DNA of 12,400 nt. It comes from an uncultured Deinococcales bacterium. Its GTDB lineage: Bacteria; Deinococcota; Deinococci; Deinococcales; JAAFIG01. The translations under genes were made by a program, and so were the position numbers. The notes under the pieces are model-generated. The model was not told where the DNA came from and did no database searches. It worked only from the letters and a program-made list of their open reading frames with translations. Of the stretch, positions 7,411-12,400 are shown piece after piece; within the stretch, counting starts at the first letter, position 1, and each line of letters opens with the position of its first letter. The stretch spans positions 1 through 12,400 of the forward strand of contig CAXTTL010000142.1 in the NCBI GenBank assembly GCA_964247135.1. The letters run 5' to 3'.

Positions 7411-8271
7411 ATGACACGTCCAAGCAACCTTGTGCCGATGCTGGTGGTTGGTGTGGTTTTGATCGCCCTGTACTTTCCGATCATGCTGCTGGCAAATTAT
7501 CCCGCCGCCGCCCGTTCCATCGCTCGAGGTGCGGTCTTGGATTGCAAAACCGCGCTCGAGTGCAGTTTCAACATGCGCAGCCCCATCATTCCCGCCCCAG
7601 CGCAATTGTTCAAAGGTTTCTCGAGTTTGTATTTCCCGCCAACTTCAGAAACCAGCGTGCCATATAACGCGTTTTTCACTGGACTCGAGACACTTTCTGG
7701 TTTGGCGCTCGCTTCAGTGGTCGGACTGGGCTTGGCGGTGCTTCTGGTGGCTTCTCGAGCTTTTGAACGCGCCTTGCTGCCGTGGTTGGTTGCATCGCAA
7801 ACCGTGCCGATCATTGCGATTGCGCCCATGCTTGCCGTGTTGCTCGGGCAGTACGGCGTTGAAGGTTGGATTCCAAAAGCCATCATCGCGGCGTACATTG
7901 CGTTTTTCCCAATTGCGATTGGTGTGTCAAAAGGCTTGCGCTCGCCCGATCCAATTCAAGTTGACCTCATGAAAACCTACAACGCTGGCAGCCTGCAAAC
8001 TTTTTCCAAACTGCGCTTTCCCTCGAGCATCCCATACTTGTTTACGGCGTTTAAAGTTTCTGTCACGGCTGCACTTATCGGTGCAATTATTTCCGAATCC
8101 ACTACCATTTCGGGCGCAGGTTTGGGCAAGATGCTGTCCGAAAATTCTCGAGCTTCCGATGCTGTGGGCTTGTGGTTGGTCATGATTGGCAGCGCTATTT
8201 TGGGTATTTTGCTGGTCAGTATGGTGGGTTGGCTCGAGCGGGCGGTGACGCCGTGGCAACGAAACCATTAA
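7411..8271 (+). CDS. ABC transporter permease (NitT/TauT family)
   Basis: Multiple hydrophobic segments; IIPAP, SQTVPIIAIAP, FFP.....KGL.S.D....DLM.TY.A....F.KLR.P.S.PYLF (EAA-like region). Confidence 0.9.
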   Translation: MTRPSNLVPMLVVGVVLIALYFPIMLLANYPAAARSIARGAVLDCKTALECSFNMRSPIIPAPAQLFKGFSSLYFPPTSETSVPYNAFFTGLETLSGLALASVVGLGLAVLLVASRAFERALLPWLVASQTVPIIAIAPMLAVLLGQYGVEGWIPKAIIAAYIAFFPIAIGVSKGLRSPDPIQVDLMKTYNAGSLQTFSKLRFPSSIPYLFTAFKVSVTAALIGAIISESTTISGAGLGKMLSENSRASDAVGLWLVMIGSAILGILLVSMVGWLERAVTPWQRNH

Positions 8272-9254
8272 ACATTTTGTGGTTTGGTGCGGCTGGCGTT
8301 TTCATATCTTTGCTTGGAATGATTTTGATTATTGTCAACCACTGGAACTCGAGCGATGCCTGGTCTGGCTTGAGTGTGGCTTTAAGCTGCCTCTTGGCGT
8401 TGTTTGGTCTTCTAAGCGTTGGCGGAGTCTCGAGCGGCGTTGTCAGCCTTCTGAGCGCCCCTCGAGCCAAAGATAGAACGGGTTTTGACCTTGGACTTTC
8501 AATCATTTCCTTGCTTCCTGCCATTTTGCTGGCGGTGGTCGCCGTGGTCTTGGTCGAAGCTTTAATTCACGCCTTCCAAATCCCCGTCGCACAAATCCCA
8601 GCCCCAACCGCCGTGATTCAAAAATTCCTCGAGTCACGTCAAGTCTTGTGGCGCGACACCCAAACCACATTGCTTGAGGCTGGAGTCGGTTATGTCATCG
8701 GCGCAAGCTTGGGAATTTTGGTGGCAATTCTCGTCTCGAGATACCAATTTCTGAACAAGGGTTTGATGCCTTACGCCACCATTTTCTCGAGTATTCCAAT
8801 TGTTGCCCTCGCGCCCGTGATCGTGAAAGCCGCAGGACTCGAGTGGGGATCAAAAGCCGCCGTCGTTGCCATCACGATTTTCTTTCCCGTGCTGGTGAAT
8901 ACGGCAAGGGGTTTGCTCGAGGTGAACCCTTTAACGATTGACCTTATGCGCTCTTATGCGGCTCACCCAAGAAGGGTGTTCTTGGATTTACGGATTCCCA
9001 ATGCGTTGCCTTACATTTTTAACGCCCTGAAAATCAGCACCACCCTGGCTTTGATCGGTGCAATCGTTGCAGAATTTTTCGGTTCGACGGGTTCTGGTTT
9101 GGGATTCAGAATTCTGGTCGAAACGGGTCAAGCCAGTTTTGACAGCGTGTGGGCTGCCATCAACATCGCGTCGTTTTTAGGCATTATGTTTTACAACCTT
9201 GCCGCGTTGCTCGAGCGACGGGTGACGGGATGGCATGTGTCTTTTCGGGAGTAA
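8253..9254 (+). CDS. ABC transporter permease (NitT/TauT family) with extra N-terminal membrane segments
   Basis: IPAP, IPIVALAP, FFPVLVNT..GL, LM.SYAA....F..LRIPNALPYIF, GAIVAEF. GTG at 8253 chosen because it has GGTGA upstream and only a short overlap with the previous gene. Confidence 0.88.
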   Translation: MATKPLNILWFGAAGVFISLLGMILIIVNHWNSSDAWSGLSVALSCLLALFGLLSVGGVSSGVVSLLSAPRAKDRTGFDLGLSIISLLPAILLAVVAVVLVEALIHAFQIPVAQIPAPTAVIQKFLESRQVLWRDTQTTLLEAGVGYVIGASLGILVAILVSRYQFLNKGLMPYATIFSSIPIVALAPVIVKAAGLEWGSKAAVVAITIFFPVLVNTARGLLEVNPLTIDLMRSYAAHPRRVFLDLRIPNALPYIFNALKISTTLALIGAIVAEFFGSTGSGLGFRILVETGQASFDSVWAAINIASFLGIMFYNLAALLERRVTGWHVSFRE

Positions 9255-9263
9255 AGATTCTTC

Positions 9264-9272
9264 TGCTACAAT
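9264..9272 (+). promoter_or_regulatory. Possible extended -10 promoter (TGcTACAAT) for the DUF4258 pair
   Basis: TG-n-TACAAT about 20 nt upstream of GTG 9293, with a GAGG SD at 9284-9287. Confidence 0.4.
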
Positions 9273-9292
9273 TTACGAAACTCGAGGAAATC

Positions 9293-9622
9293 GTGCAGCA
9301 AAAAGCCTTTGACTTTTCGACAACAGAAATTCTTGACTGGGAGTTGAAAAACATTGATAATGCACTTCTGCGCGAAGAAATCCGCATTACCAAACACGCC
9401 CAACTTGCTGCCCAAGAGGACAATGTTTCCTTTGTTCAACTTTTTGAAGCCATTCTTGTCGGCATTCTTGTCGGCATTCCCGTCAGCAAAGACCTGCCAG
9501 ACAATAAACTGAATCGAATTCCTGGAATTAACTACGAGCACAAAATCAAGGACGGACGTTGGATTCGCATCAAAGTCGCATGGCTCGAGGGGTACGCAGT
9601 CATTACCGTGTACCAAATCTGA
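9293..9622 (+). CDS. DUF4258-like protein (putative RelE/MqsR-fold toxin)
   Basis: IRITKHA near the N-terminus and a C-terminal VITVY are typical of DUF4258. Followed by a YgiT-like gene. Start inferred from the SD. Confidence 0.65.
   Translation: MQQKAFDFSTTEILDWELKNIDNALLREEIRITKHAQLAAQEDNVSFVQLFEAILVGILVGIPVSKDLPDNKLNRIPGINYEHKIKDGRWIRIKVAWLEGYAVITVYQI
9451..9479 (+). repeat. Perfect 12-bp in-frame tandem duplication
   Basis: CATTCTTGTCGG x2 plus CATTC, encoding ILVG-ILVG-IP. Confidence 0.9.
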
Positions 9623-9630
9623 GGAGTAGC

Positions 9631-9852
9631 ATGAACACGATCTTAAATGAGACTCGAGTGACCTACACATACACCAACAAAAACGGTGCGACGGTTATCA
9701 TCAAAAATGTTCCTGCGAAGTTTTTAAAAGACGAATTTGGCAACGAGCACGAAACCTATGCGTTTGGTGTGGCGATGCGCCTTGAAGAACTGTGCAACCG
9801 AGCGTTTGAAATAGACTCGAGCGACGGTGTGATGCACGAACTCGAGTTTTGA
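9631..9852 (+). CDS. YgiT/MqsA zinc-ribbon-like protein lacking the CxxC pairs (putative antitoxin)
   Basis: TRVTYTY...G.TVIIKNVPA resembles YgiT-type domains. GAGGAG SD; directly downstream of the DUF4258-like gene. Confidence 0.6.
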   Translation: MNTILNETRVTYTYTNKNGATVIIKNVPAKFLKDEFGNEHETYAFGVAMRLEELCNRAFEIDSSDGVMHELEF

Positions 9853-9872
9853 AGTTTTACAAAACCCAAAAT
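9816..9872 (+). repeat. 57-bp direct repeat, copy 1
   Basis: CTCGAGCGACGGTGTGATGCACGAACTCGAGTTTTGAAGTTTTACAAAACCCAAAAT; identical to 10828-10884 at 52/57 positions. Confidence 0.92.
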
Positions 9873-10282
9873 TACCGTAATTCTGCTCGAATATTTCTTC
9901 CAGCTTTCCGTGGTTTTAAGGTCACAATCACATCAAACCCCAATGCCCCAGCCTGTTCAACCAAAGACCGAACCTCGAGATTGGCGTCTTCCTGTTCGCG
10001 TTGATGCACCCGTCCTCGAGAGACACTTAAATTCTGACTGACTTCCGCCAGCGTTTGACCACGTTCCGCTCGAGCGAGTGAAAGGAGTTTTCCAACGCTT
10101 CTGACCGTCACTTCGGTCTGAACTGTATTTTGAATGTCTGCGGCAGTCCAATTTTTGGCTTTGGTTTTTCGATTTGTTTTGAGAATACCCGTCTCGAGTT
10201 CTTCTGGACTGATTTCTTCCAGAAGTGCTTTCAATTCCGGTCCGATTTCACCTTGAAGCTCGAGGTTTTTTGCTTTTTTCAT
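9872..10282 (-). CDS. XRE/HTH transcriptional regulator, HigA-like antitoxin
   Basis: VG.LL..AR.ERGQT.AEV...L.VSRGRV.Q.E....NL.V.SL...A.ALG..V.V helix-turn-helix. ATGA overlap with the upstream toxin stop; GGGAGG SD. Confidence 0.8.
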   Translation of the reverse strand: MKKAKNLELQGEIGPELKALLEEISPEELETGILKTNRKTKAKNWTAADIQNTVQTEVTVRSVGKLLSLARAERGQTLAEVSQNLSVSRGRVHQREQEDANLEVRSLVEQAGALGFDVIVTLKPRKAGRNIRAELR

Positions 10283-10668
10283 GATTCCTCCCTAAAGATT
10301 TGTTTTCCAGCTTTGTACGCTCGGAAAATAGTAGCGACCTCTTCAAGTTTGTTGGCGTTGGGTTTGTCGTCTGGTTTGATCTCGGCATTTATGCAAAATG
10401 CCATGTCGTCAGCAATAAACAAATACACCCGCACACCACCTTTGATTCCACCTCGAGATCGGGTTTTGAGTTCCCAGAACGGCAGTCCAATCAGTTTTTT
10501 GAGGTATCGGCTGGAAAAGTCGTTTTGGTGAAAATCACTGAGCATTTCGATACTGGCATCAACGGCGTTCTGGTGTCCTGTTTCGGCGAACTCGAGCAGG
10601 TTTTCGATCAAGAGCGGATGTTGAGCGTTCAAGCGTGATGGAAGGTGTGGGAGACGGAGAACGATCAT
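10279..10668 (-). CDS. RelE/HigB-like (Gp49-type) toxin
   Basis: YLKKL.G.PFWELK......GGVRVY.F.......NAEIK matches the RelE/ParE-superfamily pattern. Toxin-before-HTH gene order. ATG 10668 sits just downstream of a promoter. Confidence 0.7.
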   Translation of the reverse strand: MIVLRLPHLPSRLNAQHPLLIENLLEFAETGHQNAVDASIEMLSDFHQNDFSSRYLKKLIGLPFWELKTRSRGGIKGGVRVYLFIADDMAFCINAEIKPDDKPNANKLEEVATIFRAYKAGKQIFREES

Positions 10669-10675
10669 TGGGGAT

Positions 10676-10707
10676 AGGCTAATGCCCTTTTTAAAACTTG
10701 TCAAGTT
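10676..10707 (-). promoter_or_regulatory. Sigma70-type promoter with an overlapping palindromic operator
   Basis: Minus strand TTGACA (10704-10699), 17-nt spacer, TAGCCT (10681-10676). Palindrome AACTTG-T-CAAGTT at 10695-10707 overlaps the -35. Confidence 0.7.
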
Positions 10708-10827
10708 AAAGCTATACAAAAACCAGAGCAAACTTCGAGCCGTACCAGGGTTTATGGCGTTTGGCTGTGGGGTACATGCAGCGTTACGAGCAAGCGAATC
10801 AACTTGATGTGTTTCCAGAATAGGAAG

Positions 10828-10884
10828 CTCGAGCGACGGGGCGATACACGAACTCGAGTTTTGAAGTTCTGCAAAACCCAAAAT
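10828..10884 (+). repeat. 57-bp direct repeat, copy 2 (orphan 3' end of the YgiT-like gene)
   Basis: CTCGAGCGACGGGGCGATACACGAACTCGAGTTTTGAAGTTCTGCAAAACCCAAAAT; reads SSDGAIHELEF* versus SSDGVMHELEF* in copy 1. Confidence 0.92.
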
Positions 10885-10919
10885 CAGAATTGTGTTTCTC
10901 GAGAGTTAAGTCTAGAATT

Positions 10920-11534
10920 TTATAGTTCGAGCAACTGCCAACGCTGCGCCGTGTTGATAATTCGTGTTTCACGCAAGACAGCCTCACCAGCCGCTTCATG
11001 AACATGCCCGCAAACAAAAAGCTTGGGTTGCTTCTCGCGGATGTATGAAACCGCGTATCTCGAGCCAATTCGTTTTCCAGATTTTGTTCGGTCAACATAA
11101 CCAAATGGTGGACTGTGCGAGATCACCACATCCACGTAAGGAAAATCCCACACGGCAGCTTCTTCGTCTTCATCAATCGTCATGTGCTGCCAGGAAAGCA
11201 GCATTTCAGGGCTGTCATACGCTGGAGTCAGGGCAACACCGTGAAACGTTATGCCGCTCGAGTGTTGCCATGTAACGCCATCAATTGGTGTGACACCCCA
11301 ACGATTCCAACGGTGATTGTCAAAACCAAGATCGTGATTGCCATGAAGGGCTAAAACGGTTGGGTATTTTTCTCGAGTACCCGCAATAAAATTCTCGAGC
11401 AACTTGAATTCGGCGGCTGTGTGACGGTATCCAAGGTCTGTCCAGTCGCCAGCGTGAATGAAAATATCGGCTTCTGGTAGAGACTCGAGATTTGGGAATT
11501 TATTGTGATGGTCGGAGGTAATTAACACCTTCAA
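10920..11534 (-). CDS. Calcineurin-like metallophosphoesterase
   Basis: SDHH, AGD, GNHD, SHSPP and CGHVHE motifs. TTG start with GGAGGT SD at 11546-11541. Confidence 0.9.
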   Translation of the reverse strand: MKVLITSDHHNKFPNLESLPEADIFIHAGDWTDLGYRHTAAEFKLLENFIAGTREKYPTVLALHGNHDLGFDNHRWNRWGVTPIDGVTWQHSSGITFHGVALTPAYDSPEMLLSWQHMTIDEDEEAAVWDFPYVDVVISHSPPFGYVDRTKSGKRIGSRYAVSYIREKQPKLFVCGHVHEAAGEAVLRETRIINTAQRWQLLEL

Positions 11535-11694
11535 TTGTCCACCTCCAACTACGCGAGCTTTTTAAGGATCAAAGTATTACTTTTTGATTTTGAGATGCAA
11601 TGAATTCAATCATGCAATTCCCGCATATATCGCCCGACAACCATGAATGGCGAAACACGACGCACTGGTGCAATGGATTTTAAAATAGCTGGAC

Positions 11695-12081
11695 CTAAGT
11701 CTTTACCTTCCGAATGTTCAAAATCCTTAAAAGCATGAAACTGCCATCTAAATGACGAATTTCTTCAACAACATCACAAACAAACCAAGTACCCGAATTC
11801 GGATTCCAATCACTTCTAACATGCGTGTTTGGATCACTAAGTAATTGGTCAAATCCGTGCCTGACAACATGAACACGAAATTGTACTGTTCCAGCGAGAT
11901 TAGTGTCTTCAGTTTTGTTCATCGTGTTATACAAATATAGCCACAGTTCAGTGTCGCTTTTTTGTGGGAGAGTGCTTACTTGTTTATCGAATGGGAATGC
12001 AATTAAGTTTTTTCCAGTCCCCTTCCATTCTTCCAAGAGTTCGGGAAACCAGTCAGGTATTGTGGGGTACATATAACTCAT
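11695..12081 (-). CDS. Hypothetical protein, possibly frameshifted (alternative end at 11606)
   Basis: 128-aa ORF with AGGAG SD and an upstream promoter. A -1 frame continues from about 11731 to a TGA at 11606. Confidence 0.6.
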   Translation of the reverse strand: MSYMYPTIPDWFPELLEEWKGTGKNLIAFPFDKQVSTLPQKSDTELWLYLYNTMNKTEDTNLAGTVQFRVHVVRHGFDQLLSDPNTHVRSDWNPNSGTWFVCDVVEEIRHLDGSFMLLRILNIRKVKT

Positions 12082-12122
12082 AGGTACTCCTTTTGAGGTT
12101 TTAATCTTTCACCTCAAGACAA

Positions 12123-12151
12123 AGCGTATCACTACTTATAACATTCGTCAA
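12123..12151 (-). promoter_or_regulatory. Sigma70-type promoter for the hypothetical gene
   Basis: Minus strand TTGACG (12151-12146), 17-nt spacer ending in TGn, TACGCT (12128-12123). Confidence 0.5.
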
Positions 12152-12233
12152 TTCCATCTTAAACATATGTATGGGCGACTAAGCAACTATGTTTACATTT
12201 TGCAGTTGACTTTTACGAAAACAAGTTGCGAGT

Positions 12234-12400
12234 TTAAGTGTTATCAAGAAGCGTTTTAGCTCGTTTTCTACGATCTGCGGGGATTTTTTCCAGATTCAGT
12301 ATTGACTCAGTAAGATCGTCTGGAATTACTAACCATGTACTTAAACCCCTGGACTGCGGATTACCCAAAGGTGTTTCTTCAGTTCCATTCCAGCGCAAAA
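12234..12400 (-). CDS. 3' end of a hypothetical protein entering from beyond the window
   Basis: Open frame LRWNGTEETPLGNPQSRGLSTWLVIPDDLTESILNLEKIPADRRKRAKTLLDNT*, protein-like, with stop at 12236-12234. Confidence 0.65.
   Translation of the reverse strand, partial: LRWNGTEETPLGNPQSRGLSTWLVIPDDLTESILNLEKIPADRRKRAKTLLDNT

Larger units (their letters stand above)
39..11489. repeat. Highly iterated palindrome CTCGAG, dispersed
   Basis: About 96 copies by hand count (about 1 per 120 bp), first at 39-44 and last at 11484-11489. About 3 are expected at 1/4096. Confidence 0.95.

Noticed and set aside
685-9254. Numerous short antisense or alternate-frame ORFs within the operon genes
   Set aside because: Shadow ORFs of well-supported genes, lacking SDs and motifs.
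10669-10881. 71-aa N-terminal extension of the toxin ORF given in the track
   Set aside because: It runs through the promoter/operator and repeat copy 2. ATG 10668 fits the promoter and the typical size of the family.
9816-10884. Canonical integron attC sites
   Set aside because: No RYYYAAC...GTTRRRY boxes with a full-length imperfect palindrome, and no integrase in the window.

Overview
Bacterial DNA of roughly 50% GC. Positions 1-9254 hold a + strand reductive pyrimidine catabolism cluster: preT, preA, hydA and a NitT/TauT-type ABC ATPase with two permeases. Most gene junctions in it carry inserted accessory DNA: a DUF559 nuclease bracketed by 36-bp inverted palindromic repeats, a Uma2 nuclease with a 59-aa ORF, a GNAT gene, and a solo copy of the repeat. 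Next come two convergent toxin-antitoxin-like pairs (DUF4258 with a Cys-less YgiT/MqsA-like protein, and a RelE/HigB-like toxin with an HTH protein). The second pair is bracketed by a 57-bp direct repeat. The window ends with a metallophosphoesterase and an AT-richer tail of hypothetical genes. The strongest sequence signal is the palindrome CTCGAG: about 96 copies by hand count versus about 3 expected by chance. It occurs in all three reading frames, stops abruptly after 11489, and marks the left edge of the 57-bp duplication. Family calls come from motif recognition, not database searches.
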